64,000 nucleotides of DNA from Candidatus Gottesmanbacteria bacterium (lineage in GTDB: Bacteria > Patescibacteriota > Microgenomatia > UBA10105 > UBA927). The stretch lies in assembly GCA_963711735.1 (NCBI GenBank), contig CAVQFA010000004.1, positions 4,872 to 68,871 of the forward strand. Direction: 5' to 3'. The notes beneath the pieces were generated by a model. It was not told where the DNA came from. It saw only the letters and a list, made by a program, of their open reading frames with translations, and searched no databases. The position numbers and the translations under genes were made by a program. Every line of letters starts with the position of its first letter. The stretch's first letter is position 1. Below, piece by piece: positions 29,119 through 38,945 of the stretch.

Positions 29119-30545
29119 TTCTTTTTTGTCAAATCGATAATGGCAAATTTATCATTTCTGACTAATACTGTGTACGTTTCGGCAAGTGTTTTAGTTTCCC
29201 AATCAGCGTCTGTCGGGGATACGGTGACATAGTGTGTCGCACCCATATCTATTTTTTTAGGAATATCAAAACCGAGTGGCCACCCCTGACGGTTGATCTG
29301 GTAGAGAAATGTCGTATCACCGTTATACGAAGCAATGACCTTTGCATTCGGAGGTAGCAATTTGTCGGCAACTCTACCGGCTTCCACAATCTCCGGACGA
29401 TTGATCCAATAGTACGTCCGTATGGTATACCAGGAAAATGCAAGCGTAAAAAGCATCACTATTGAAAGGACAAGAGACGTTACTATTTTATTTGTATCAT
29501 GCAGTGTAAAAAACGACTGAACACCTTTAGCCATATATATACATAACATGACAACAACAGGAATCTGGTAATAATCATGCTGGACATTCCCACGGGCGAA
29601 AACTGTAAAATATATGAGCGTCCCGATGCCGAACCAACGGAAAAACCATCCTTCTTTTTTGATTGATGCGGTGAGTCCGGCCACAAGAAATCCTACGCCC
29701 CAATATCCGAGTATTAATTTAGGGATCCGTTCAGCAAATAGCCAATAAAACCAGGCTCCTTTGAAACGGATGTCTCCGCCGTTGAAAAGCCAACTAGATG
29801 CCGGTATCCCTTCCGGGTACTGCATAATCCACACTCTCCACCACCAAAAGGGAAAAAGAACAATTACGGCAAAAACTATACCGCTCCACCACTTTTTAAC
29901 AGGTACTTTTGTTACGAACAAATACAGAATGGGAAGAAGAAAAAATACGGCTGTAGGTTTAACAAGAACTGCCACTGAGGCAAATACTGCGCTAAGAACC
30001 ATATACCACAGAGTTTGTGTTTTTACCCTAATCCACGTATCAAAGAAAAATAACGAAAGCATCACAAAAAATATCATGAACGGTTCAGGGAGAATCGTCC
30101 GGCCGTAGTATACGTTATAGGGAAGTACTGCAAAGAAAAACCCGGCCAGGAGTCCGACAACCGGATTTACATACCGTAACACTAAAAGAATCAGAATGAA
30201 ACACGTTCCCACGGATGCAAGTATCGTGACAAGACGAAGCGTAACTTCAATGGATAAAATCGGTAACAGTATTTTCAATCCAAGGCCGACCGTTTGGTAT
30301 AAAGGAAATTCAACCATCCGCCAGCCGTTTGGATTGTCTTTGCCTGACTGAATATTGGAGAGATCATCATAGCGCGGGTGCAGTGGGTCAAATCCGAATT
30401 TCAGAAAATTCCGGGCAACTGCGGCGGTATCAGACTGCCTCCAGCTGTGCCAATCAGCTACCGGTTGGTCAATTTTATACATACGAAGTCCGATAGTTAA
30501 AAGGAGTATCCCTGTCAATAAAAATGTATATATTCGTTTATCCAT
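29115..30545 (-). CDS. GT-C fold membrane glycosyltransferase, ArnT/PMT (GT39/GT83)-like
   Basis: 476 aa with about 11 TM segments. The first extracytoplasmic loop contains ADWHSWRQSD. Confidence 0.6.
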   Translation of the reverse strand: MDKRIYTFLLTGILLLTIGLRMYKIDQPVADWHSWRQSDTAAVARNFLKFGFDPLHPRYDDLSNIQSGKDNPNGWRMVEFPLYQTVGLGLKILLPILSIEVTLRLVTILASVGTCFILILLVLRYVNPVVGLLAGFFFAVLPYNVYYGRTILPEPFMIFFVMLSLFFFDTWIRVKTQTLWYMVLSAVFASVAVLVKPTAVFFLLPILYLFVTKVPVKKWWSGIVFAVIVLFPFWWWRVWIMQYPEGIPASSWLFNGGDIRFKGAWFYWLFAERIPKLILGYWGVGFLVAGLTASIKKEGWFFRWFGIGTLIYFTVFARGNVQHDYYQIPVVVMLCIYMAKGVQSFFTLHDTNKIVTSLVLSIVMLFTLAFSWYTIRTYYWINRPEIVEAGRVADKLLPPNAKVIASYNGDTTFLYQINRQGWPLGFDIPKKIDMGATHYVTVSPTDADWETKTLAETYTVLVRNDKFAIIDLTKKK

Positions 30546-30550
30546 AACCG

Positions 30551-33538
30551 CTATTCCCCGATAATTTGAACTTCTTTTGTCATGCGCAGAATTTTATAAT
30601 TATCGAAATTCAATACATAGAGCGCTCCGCCCTGAACTTTATATTCAACTGAGCTTGGTATATCCTTCCCTTTTACAACATGATAGTCACTTCCCCGGAA
30701 CAAATGCCACATCGCGTCATCCATACCGGTCGGGAATATCCATGCCCGCCCATACCGTATCGGTGTGTTCACAAAAACGAAAGTTGTTTTCATGGTAAGC
30801 GGAAAAAATTCTTTCCTAAGAGTAAGAAGTGTCTGACGGGACACAGAATAAGCTTTTTCCCAATCAGAACCGACATGCGATGCTTCCATGACGTTCCAGA
30901 TGATAAAAATGATAGCTATAACCAATAGGACCACACGGACAAACAGGATCGTTGTGCGCTTTAACAGAATATCAAAAAATGTAACGATGGATATTATAAA
31001 TAAACCGGATGCGGTAAGCACATATCTTTCAGCGTTCCCTCCGAGCCCGATATACGCAGAAAGTGAGATGCATCCTGCAAGTGCCCAAATAAAAGGCAGA
31101 CGGTAGTGAATGAATTTTTTACGTACTGCCAAACAAAACGCAATGATAAATATTACGACCGCACCAACAACATATCTCATTTGGTTTGTGTGTGTTCGCA
31201 GTATTCCACGGAGAGTTTCCGAATACTCCATAGCTTTGGGTCCGATAAACATTGCCAGGATATAGGTTAATCCGTTACCGATGATGTTGAACGGCAATTT
31301 TTGAATATTGACGGCATAATCTCCTGACGGCGGAAGTGCATGAACATATTGCCGTATCCAAAGGTACAAAGGTACAAATAGTAAAATCCAAAGACTCTGA
31401 AATAACCTCTTCTTCCCATACAAAGAAGAAATAATCCAGATGATGACAGGAGCGACAAGCATTCCGTCGTACGAAAGCATGGAAATAATCATACACAACA
31501 CTCCCGACAGCTGATAGAACGTACTCCATCTCTTCGTTTTACTCCCCCAACCGTTTATGAACGCGAACGTTGCACTAAACAAAAATACGGCAGAAAGTAG
31601 GCTGCTTTGACCGGAAATCCAGAAAATATTTTCGTGGTGAACTGCCATTACAGCAAATGCAAGTGCGCCAAACCACGCAAGCATCGGTTTCACGTTCATT
31701 TTCTTCAGAATATTCCATATAAAAAGAACGATCGCACTATAGAGTGAGAGTGACATAAATAGATACGGAATAGGTTTCAACCAAAAAACAGAGTAAAGTA
31801 TGAAATACCACAATTTCGGAATAGGCCGCCAGAAAAACCCATCTGATTGAGTGAAAAATTTCCCGACATCGTACATCGAGCTTTGTGCAGCCCATCTGAG
31901 CCATGTAAAATCATCTCCGAGAAAATACCCTGAAAATGCTTTTCCGAATACCAGAAAAACAACGAGAATAAGATACGCACCGTATGCATATTTGCTTGTA
32001 CATGCGTTCCACAAAACATGTATATATGATTTATTCTTCCGATCAACAAAGTCCAAAAGCGCAACACCTGCCCCCAGGAGTATCCAGAACGTATATGCTA
32101 CCTTTGAGGCTTCAAAAACATCAATGAGTACTGCATTTAACAGGAGTCCTACAATACCGGCAAATAACCCTATGACGTATGCCCGGGGAACGTAGGTCAA
32201 TTTATCTTTCAGACGTAAAAAGATGGTGAATGCGTAATAAAGTATTCCCAGAAACGCAATTGCCCCGAGTATTCCCGTTTCTCCGAGCATTCTGAAATAA
32301 TCTCCGTCTGTGGCGACGGATAAAGTGGAATAGCCGCTTCCTGTGAGGATATTCCGTTTAAATGCTTCTATTGCTTTCGGCCACTGACCCTGAAGCCTTG
32401 TCGTTATGGATATGTCATAGACAAGTGCCTTTTGGATAAGAAAACTACCGGACACTGTAGCAAGGTCTCCTGACCCTGTTGCGAGATCATGTCCTTTATA
32501 GAACTCTATTGTTTTTGCTGTTTGTTTTATACCGGAGGAACCTATACTTATAAATTCCGTGCCTTTCGGAAGATTTTCAACGTCGGGTTTCTCCTGATTT
32601 TCTACGGTTGCGGTTCCGCCTTCCAACTTATCAAGTGTACCGATGGGTCTTCCGGTTGAAAGGTCGACAATGACATCACTGAATCGGAATGTTTTATAGA
32701 ACCTGTCTGATGCGACACTTACGGAATTTAGCATCAAAAAACTAAAAATAACGACAGGAATAATCCATATCCACTTTTTGTGCCATAATAGCATCGTAAT
32801 GATTGCGGCAAGATATACCCCGAACGATACGCGGGATGCTGTCATTAATAGTAACAGGAGCGATCCTGCAGCGAGGAAAAAAAACACTACCTTTTTCCAC
32901 CACTCCTGAAATCCAAATACCATACTTCCGAATAACGGAATGAGAAGAACAAGAAATGCCGCCAGATCGTAATGACCGCCAAATGTCGAAGGTATACGTG
33001 CTGTAGGCGGCAGCCGAAGCGGTAATCCTTTTGCAAATTCCTCATTCATGGTCAAAAATGCCGGCCAACCTAAGAATTTTTGCCCGAATCCATAAGCGAT
33101 AACACATACGATTGTTACAGCAAGAACCCATAAGATGGGTTCTACTCCTTTTATCCTTCTTACCGCATCGTATGCCACAAAAAACAATCCCATATATTCA
33201 ATACGGCGGATAAAATGTAACGCTGCAAGGTGAGGAAAGTAGTTAGCTAAGTGAGGACCGATAAACAGAATGGAAATAATAACGGAAATAAGACCGACGA
33301 GCCAGTACAGGATAATTGGCAGAGTCAGCGATGAGTGTGGTTTCTCTCTTTTTATAATCCTTGTCAGGATATAAAACCCAAGAACTGCTGCTACCAGAAC
33401 GTCCTCTATACGAATATTTACCCATGTACCGAAAACATCAAAAAGAGGCAGTTTGGGATAGAGCGGAATAAATGCCAGAAGAAACAGCATGCATCCGGCT
33501 AAAAAAACGTCACTTGATTGTATTAAGCGCTTCAACAT
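30551..33538 (-). CDS. Large polytopic membrane protein: O-antigen ligase/Wzy_C-like domain fused to a second multi-TM domain
   Basis: 995 aa. The N-terminal half contains YFRMLGETGILGAIAF, resembling the Wzy_C/O-antigen-ligase family signature, after a ~120-aa extracytoplasmic insert. The C-terminal half adds at least 10 more TM helices. Confidence 0.55.
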   Translation of the reverse strand: MLKRLIQSSDVFLAGCMLFLLAFIPLYPKLPLFDVFGTWVNIRIEDVLVAAVLGFYILTRIIKREKPHSSLTLPIILYWLVGLISVIISILFIGPHLANYFPHLAALHFIRRIEYMGLFFVAYDAVRRIKGVEPILWVLAVTIVCVIAYGFGQKFLGWPAFLTMNEEFAKGLPLRLPPTARIPSTFGGHYDLAAFLVLLIPLFGSMVFGFQEWWKKVVFFFLAAGSLLLLLMTASRVSFGVYLAAIITMLLWHKKWIWIIPVVIFSFLMLNSVSVASDRFYKTFRFSDVIVDLSTGRPIGTLDKLEGGTATVENQEKPDVENLPKGTEFISIGSSGIKQTAKTIEFYKGHDLATGSGDLATVSGSFLIQKALVYDISITTRLQGQWPKAIEAFKRNILTGSGYSTLSVATDGDYFRMLGETGILGAIAFLGILYYAFTIFLRLKDKLTYVPRAYVIGLFAGIVGLLLNAVLIDVFEASKVAYTFWILLGAGVALLDFVDRKNKSYIHVLWNACTSKYAYGAYLILVVFLVFGKAFSGYFLGDDFTWLRWAAQSSMYDVGKFFTQSDGFFWRPIPKLWYFILYSVFWLKPIPYLFMSLSLYSAIVLFIWNILKKMNVKPMLAWFGALAFAVMAVHHENIFWISGQSSLLSAVFLFSATFAFINGWGSKTKRWSTFYQLSGVLCMIISMLSYDGMLVAPVIIWIISSLYGKKRLFQSLWILLFVPLYLWIRQYVHALPPSGDYAVNIQKLPFNIIGNGLTYILAMFIGPKAMEYSETLRGILRTHTNQMRYVVGAVVIFIIAFCLAVRKKFIHYRLPFIWALAGCISLSAYIGLGGNAERYVLTASGLFIISIVTFFDILLKRTTILFVRVVLLVIAIIFIIWNVMEASHVGSDWEKAYSVSRQTLLTLRKEFFPLTMKTTFVFVNTPIRYGRAWIFPTGMDDAMWHLFRGSDYHVVKGKDIPSSVEYKVQGGALYVLNFDNYKILRMTKEVQIIGE

Positions 33539-34385
33539 ATGTATCTTTCAGATCATCATTACCGGTCACAAACCCGACACTCAGAGCAATCAGTGCCTTT
33601 ACTTTCAATAGTACGCGTAATACATTAACCTGCCAACCCGGGAAATATTTGGAATAGAAATACATAAGTCCCCGGTAAATATTTAATACCGGGTGTTTTA
33701 ATGATCCGCTGGATGCGGCACCAACATGAATAAACCGTGCATGAGGAAAGAAATACGTATGTATTCCTTTCATGTGTGCCCGATACAACAGATCTATCTC
33801 ATCCATATACATGAATATTGACTCGTCAAACGGATAACGTACAAACAGATCCTTTTGTCCTATTAAACAAGCTCCTGAAACCCAATCCACTTTCCGTACT
33901 GTTTTCGGTGAATATCGTGTAATTCCGAGTTTATCGCCCTGAAGAAATAATGACTCAATGACAACGGGAAGGGTATAAAATGAACCGCAGGAATACTGTA
34001 CGGTTTTATCGGTATTAAAAAGTTTCCCTCCTGCAAAAGCAGATTTTTTAGAACGAATGTACCCTAATAATTTGGCAATTGATCCGGGTTGGGCAATACA
34101 ATCGCTGTTTAACAGTAGAACATATTGTCCCCTTGCTTTTTGTATTGCCTGGTTATTTGCTTTTCCAAATCCTTCATTTTTCGAATTCTTAAGAAGAATG
34201 ACATTTTGATAGTCGTGGGAGACCATTCCAATACTCCCGTCTGACGAATTGTTGTCAACGACTATCGTTTCGTGCGAAACGTGAGATCCTGTAAATCCCC
34301 TGTCTAGCGCATCCAGACACCGTTTCAGAAGATTTTTTGTATTGAAATTGACGATAATGCATGATACATCAAGAGTTTCCGCCAT
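33510..34385 (-). CDS. Glycosyltransferase family 2
   Basis: N-terminus VSCIIVNFN, then VVDNNSSDGS and DxD. 291 aa. Confidence 0.8.
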   Translation of the reverse strand: MAETLDVSCIIVNFNTKNLLKRCLDALDRGFTGSHVSHETIVVDNNSSDGSIGMVSHDYQNVILLKNSKNEGFGKANNQAIQKARGQYVLLLNSDCIAQPGSIAKLLGYIRSKKSAFAGGKLFNTDKTVQYSCGSFYTLPVVIESLFLQGDKLGITRYSPKTVRKVDWVSGACLIGQKDLFVRYPFDESIFMYMDEIDLLYRAHMKGIHTYFFPHARFIHVGAASSGSLKHPVLNIYRGLMYFYSKYFPGWQVNVLRVLLKVKALIALSVGFVTGNDDLKDTYVEALNTIK

Positions 34386-34403
34386 AGTAATGAATCGACC
34401 TTC

Positions 34404-35003
34404 TTATTGGAATAAACGGGCAAATTTCAGTGTATACCGGAGATTTTTCGGTCTGGTCCGGATTGTTTGGGCCGGAACTCCTCCGACAACGGTATATGAA
34501 GGGATACTTTTTGTAACAACCGCCCCGGATGCTATAACCGCCCCTTCACCCACCGTGACACCGGGAAGTATCATTACACGACTTCCTATGACCGCATAAT
34601 CTTCTATCTTCACAGGAGCGTACGTTTCAGCAAAGTCCGGACTGTCTATATCATGCTCCATCGTATATATGCGTATTTCACCGGCGATAGAAACGTTATT
34701 TCCAATTACCAGAGGCCGGATACCGGGATTTAAAAATTCACGCAGGTATGAGAGCCACTTCTGTTGCCCTTTCGTCCACGACCGTTTCATTCTACCGTCC
34801 AAAAAAGCGTCATTTCCTATAATTGTATTGTGGCCGATTTCGATTCCGGATGGAACGTTAAAACGCGCTAGCCAATGAACAGACGAGTCATGACCGATTT
34901 TCATCCGGAACAGATACCGGTATAAAAACAACCGTATGGTATGGCTCGGAATGAAACCCGTCAGTGTAGATAGATATATCCAAAAATCGATTAATATACG
35001 CAT
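34404..35003 (-). CDS. Hexapeptide-repeat (LbH) sugar O-/N-acetyltransferase
   Basis: 199 aa with C-terminal hexapeptide repeats (IGSRVMILPGVTVGEGAVIASGAVV). Confidence 0.7.
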   Translation of the reverse strand: MRILIDFWIYLSTLTGFIPSHTIRLFLYRYLFRMKIGHDSSVHWLARFNVPSGIEIGHNTIIGNDAFLDGRMKRSWTKGQQKWLSYLREFLNPGIRPLVIGNNVSIAGEIRIYTMEHDIDSPDFAETYAPVKIEDYAVIGSRVMILPGVTVGEGAVIASGAVVTKSIPSYTVVGGVPAQTIRTRPKNLRYTLKFARLFQ

Positions 35004-35016
35004 ATTGCTTTTAAAC

Positions 35017-36174
35017 TTAAAGCAGATGATTTCCTATATTCGTCAGGATATCAAGCGTTTGTTTGGCCGCATTGTCCCAACTGAACTTTTTGACCTGATC
35101 CATCCCGCGTTTTATCCGTGTTTTTCCCTGCATGAGATTTCTTTCTCTGACTGCAGTCAGCATGCCTTTAACAATACTCCCGGTTTTTTCGGGATCCACG
35201 TAAACACCTGCTTTTCCTGCAATTTCAGGTAAACTGGACACATCGGATACTATAACAGGACACCCGCAACTCATAGCTTCAGCAACCGGAAGTCCGAACC
35301 CTTCATACAAACTCGGCAATACAAAGCACATAGCGTGCTTATATAGGGAAGGCAGATCGCCGTCGGGAACATAATCAAGAAACTTAACTTTTCCTTCAAC
35401 ACCATACGTACGGGGTGCCGAAAGAATTTCCTCATACATCCAGCCCTTTTTTCCGACAATGACAAGCTGGATATCCCTTCGTCTCTGCTTGTACTCTTTT
35501 AGAAATAGAGAAAATGCTTCTATTAACCGCACAAAATTTTTCCTCGGTTGAAGCGTCCCGACAGTCAAAATATAATTCCTACTGATTTTGTATTTTGTAA
35601 AAATATCAGTTTCACTCATAGCATTTGCCGGTTCCATATCAATTCCGGGATAGGTTACCGTTATTGACGATTCTGGTATTTGGTACTCCCGTATTATAGC
35701 ATCTCTTGTTGATGAGCTTATAGTTAGAATTTTCGCAGCATGACGGACTGAATACTTCGTCCATTCCCGAAGTTGATATAAATCTTTTGCTTTAAAAAGG
35801 TCCGGATAATATATATAGGACAAATCCATTACGGACAAAACTCTCGGAATATTTATAAACCTTGGAGCGTAGTGAGTCGGTGAAAAAACGACACCGGCCC
35901 GCGGCATATCCCAAAAAAGAGCCATTGGGAGACCTATAAATGTCCAAAATCGTTTTGGAACTACCAATCGGTATTGCCACCACGAACACTCCTTGGGCAT
36001 GAACGAAAGAGGTTCATCGGGAAGATAAACTCTGTAGGTATTTCCGTTTTTCTCACCTTTCTCTCTTTTTGTTTTTTCGATTGCATACATATGAGAAAGT
36101 ATCTGGTATGCATACTGCCCGATACCGACCCTATGTATGACGTTTGCTTCATATCCGTCAATGGCAATGATCAT
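35017..36174 (-). CDS. Glycosyltransferase family 4
   Basis: 385 aa full-length GT-B with motif EGFGLPVAEAMSCGCPVIVSD. Confidence 0.8.
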   Translation of the reverse strand: MIIAIDGYEANVIHRVGIGQYAYQILSHMYAIEKTKREKGEKNGNTYRVYLPDEPLSFMPKECSWWQYRLVVPKRFWTFIGLPMALFWDMPRAGVVFSPTHYAPRFINIPRVLSVMDLSYIYYPDLFKAKDLYQLREWTKYSVRHAAKILTISSSTRDAIIREYQIPESSITVTYPGIDMEPANAMSETDIFTKYKISRNYILTVGTLQPRKNFVRLIEAFSLFLKEYKQRRRDIQLVIVGKKGWMYEEILSAPRTYGVEGKVKFLDYVPDGDLPSLYKHAMCFVLPSLYEGFGLPVAEAMSCGCPVIVSDVSSLPEIAGKAGVYVDPEKTGSIVKGMLTAVRERNLMQGKTRIKRGMDQVKKFSWDNAAKQTLDILTNIGNHLL

Positions 36175-36734
36175 AATTTTGAAATTCCGGGATACACTAC
36201 TGTAAGCTGACTGTCCGGAAGATGGTAATAATGTATGACATCTTTTTTTGTCGCGATAGAATCACATAAAAAGTGTTTACATTCCGAAACAGCCCGCTGT
36301 AATCTTTTCTTCTGAACCGTAACGATGATGTCTGTAAAACTCTCAGGATATCTGAGGAAACTGACATCATGAATTGTTGTAATACCTATGGCTGTTGAAA
36401 TGGGTGGCTGAACCCAATCGCTGGACCAAAATATATCGATGTGTCCGATGAGCCATTCAATCGGAATTATATGCAGATCATTCCAGAGAAATGTGAGCAG
36501 TGTCGGCGGAAAAGGAAATACCCTCAGAATTACCTTTCCGTGCGGAAGCTGTTGATAAAATTTGGCAAAAACATGACGTTTCCTCAGCGATGATGCGAAC
36601 AATATATACGTATTATGAACATCTTTTTTGACAAGCTCAGTCACGAGATTTCGCACGTAGCGGTCTACACCGGTTCCTTCATATGCAATTTGACTTATAT
36701 CAATGCCTATCTTCATAGTAAATACCGGATACAA
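36171..36734 (-). pseudogene. GT4 N-terminal domain only (truncated glycosyltransferase remnant or stand-alone N-domain)
   Basis: 187 aa ending ...LTVVYPGISKL, the usual mid-point of a GT4. There is no C-terminal catalytic domain, and the next GT4 begins 4 bp into its end. Confidence 0.5.
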
Positions 36735-36742
36735 AACACTTA

Positions 36743-37722
36743 TTAATACCCTTCCGGGTGTGCTTTATGCCACTTCCATGCACTCCCGATTATCATATCA
36801 ATATCCGTAAAAATTGGCTTCCAGTTTAATAATTTCATTGCTTTTGTATTATCCGCAAAAATCGCATCCGGGTCCCCTTCGCGTCTTGCAACAAATACGT
36901 ACGGAATTTTCTTACCGCTTATCCGTTCAGCTGATTTGAGAATTTCCAGATTGGAATACCCCTTTCCGACACCTAAATTGACAACCAGAGATGCGGATGT
37001 TTTTTGGATATATTCGATGGCTTTTATATGTGCATCAGCCAGATCAAGAATGTGAATATAATCGCGGATGCACGTTCCGTCCGTGTGTGATAGTCGTTTC
37101 CGAACACCGTAAATTCTTTTTTAATGCCAGCTGCAACCTGCAGGGCAATCGGTATGATGTGTGTTTCGCCCGGATGATCTTCACCGAGTGACCCGTCAGT
37201 TAGCGCGCCCGCAGCATTAAAATACCGTAAAAACGCATGCCGTATCCCGTATATCTTTTCGTACCATTCCAATATTTCCTCAAAATTCCGTTTAGATGCA
37301 CCGTATACGCTTACCGGTTTGTATGATTCATTTTCCGTAACCGGTAGATGATCCGGGTACCCGTACACTGCACAAGTCGAGGAAAATATGAATGTATTGC
37401 ATCCCGCGTCTTTCATCGCACTTAATAAATTCAAACCTCCCAGAATATTATTCTGAAAATACAGGTATGGCTTCTCCATAGATTCCCCGGCAAGCGCGAG
37501 AGCGGCAAAATGCATAACGGCATCAAATTTATATTTATGAAATACCGCATCAATATCCTCTTTGTTCCGAAGGTCACCGGTTATACACTCGGTGTTACCG
37601 ATCGATTCTTTATGCCCGGTAGAAAAATTATCAAAAATTACCGTATCAATTCCTTTATCCCGTAACACTTTATTCGTAATCGATCCTATATATCCGGCCC
37701 CGCCGGTTATGAGTACTTTCAT
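36743..37722 (-). pseudogene. galE: UDP-glucose 4-epimerase GalE, interrupted by a -1 frameshift near 37077-37087
   Basis: MKVLITGGAGYIGS at 37722, preceded by AAGGAGG, with YxxxK present. The protein runs to ...FGNDYHTR. The GalE C-terminus DGTCIRDYIHILDLADAH...GSAWKWHKAHPEGY then continues in another frame down to the stop at 36743. Confidence 0.7.
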
Positions 37723-37946
37723 ATGTCCTCCTTTTTTACGATTTGGGTAAAATTCAGCAAAACTGAAACAAACAGAAAGGCAGCTGCATACATAACCAAA
37801 CGCTCTGCCGTGAAAAATATCCAATACTGAAAAAGCGGAATAGCCAAAATTAAACACAGTAGTCCTGCAATTGTCAGAATACGGGAATTACGTACGTATA
37901 ATAAAACAGAGAATACTATGACAAATACAATATCCTGTGGCTTCAT
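37719..37946 (-). CDS. Small 2-TM membrane protein, hypothetical
   Basis: 75 aa ORF, co-directional and tightly spaced. Hydropathy is the only support. Confidence 0.35.
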   Translation of the reverse strand: MKPQDIVFVIVFSVLLYVRNSRILTIAGLLCLILAIPLFQYWIFFTAERLVMYAAAFLFVSVLLNFTQIVKKEDI

Positions 37947-37952
37947 AAATTG

Positions 37953-38900
37953 CTATGTAATAGAACGGTAATAACGGATGGTTTCTTCTAATCCGGATTG
38001 TACGGATATGCGGGGTTCCCAGTTCAGATTCTTTTTTGCTTTTGAAATATCCGGTTTCCGGCGCTCCGGATCATCGATCGGCAGATCAGTGTGTACGATA
38101 CATGATTTGGATTGAGTCATTTTTTTAATTTTATCGGCAAAATCCAAAACCGTGTATTCTTCCGGATTTCCGAGATTATATACCTCACCGTCAGTACGCG
38201 GCATGAACATGGCACGCATAATCCCGTCTACCAAGTCCGATACAAAGCAGAACGACCGCGTCTGTGAGCCGTCTCCGTAAACGGTAATATCGGTATTCCG
38301 TAAAGCCTGATTGATAAAATTTGAAACCACTCTTCCGTCTGTCGGTCTCATACGCGGGCCATAGGTATTAAAAATCCGGATTATTCTGGTATTCACGTTA
38401 TACTGGCGGTGATATAACATCGTTATCATCTCACCCCAGCGTTTACCTTCGTCATAGCAGGACCGTAACCCAACGGGATTTACGTTCCCCCAATATGTTT
38501 CCGACTGGGGATGGACGGACGGGTTACCGTATATCTCACTGGTTGACGCAAACAGAAAATGCGCGTCATACGCTTTTACTGCATCCAAAAGGTGCATCGT
38601 ACCGATGGAGTTAACAAGCGCAGTTTCTTTCGGATATTTCTGGTAATCAATGACAGATGCAGGCGATGCCAAATGGAAAAGGTAGTCTATATGTCCTACT
38701 ATCGGAAGCGACTTTGTTACGTCATAGTTTATGAACGTAAAGTCGACATTGTGTTTCAGATGCCCGATATTCCCTTCATTTCCTGTTATGAGGTTATCAA
38801 TGCAGAATACTTTATACCCGGCCTTCAGAAGAGCCTCGGACAGGTGTGAACCGATAAAACCGGCCCCTCCTGTTACAAGACACGTTTTTTGATCTCCCAT
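37953..38900 (-). CDS. UDP-glucuronate decarboxylase (UDP-xylose synthase)-like SDR
   Basis: Close to the UXS consensus along its whole length: VTGGAGFIGSHL ... ASTSEIYG ... YDEGKR ... RIFNTYGPRM ... DGRVVSNFI. Confidence 0.8.
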   Translation of the reverse strand: MGDQKTCLVTGGAGFIGSHLSEALLKAGYKVFCIDNLITGNEGNIGHLKHNVDFTFINYDVTKSLPIVGHIDYLFHLASPASVIDYQKYPKETALVNSIGTMHLLDAVKAYDAHFLFASTSEIYGNPSVHPQSETYWGNVNPVGLRSCYDEGKRWGEMITMLYHRQYNVNTRIIRIFNTYGPRMRPTDGRVVSNFINQALRNTDITVYGDGSQTRSFCFVSDLVDGIMRAMFMPRTDGEVYNLGNPEEYTVLDFADKIKKMTQSKSCIVHTDLPIDDPERRKPDISKAKKNLNWEPRISVQSGLEETIRYYRSIT

Positions 38901-38945
38901 ACTGTTATTCTAGCACAGTGAAACACTAAAATTGATATTTTTACG

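Noticed and set aside
37024-37857. The 277-aa ORF-track version of galE with an N-terminal extension (MFNFGYS...), and the similar extension MEIYIRH on 41363-42475
   Set aside because: Internal ATGs at the conserved Rossmann N-termini (MKVLITGGAGY with AAGGAGG upstream; MNYKNILITGGAG) fit the family boundaries. The extensions read through the upstream gene's 3' region.
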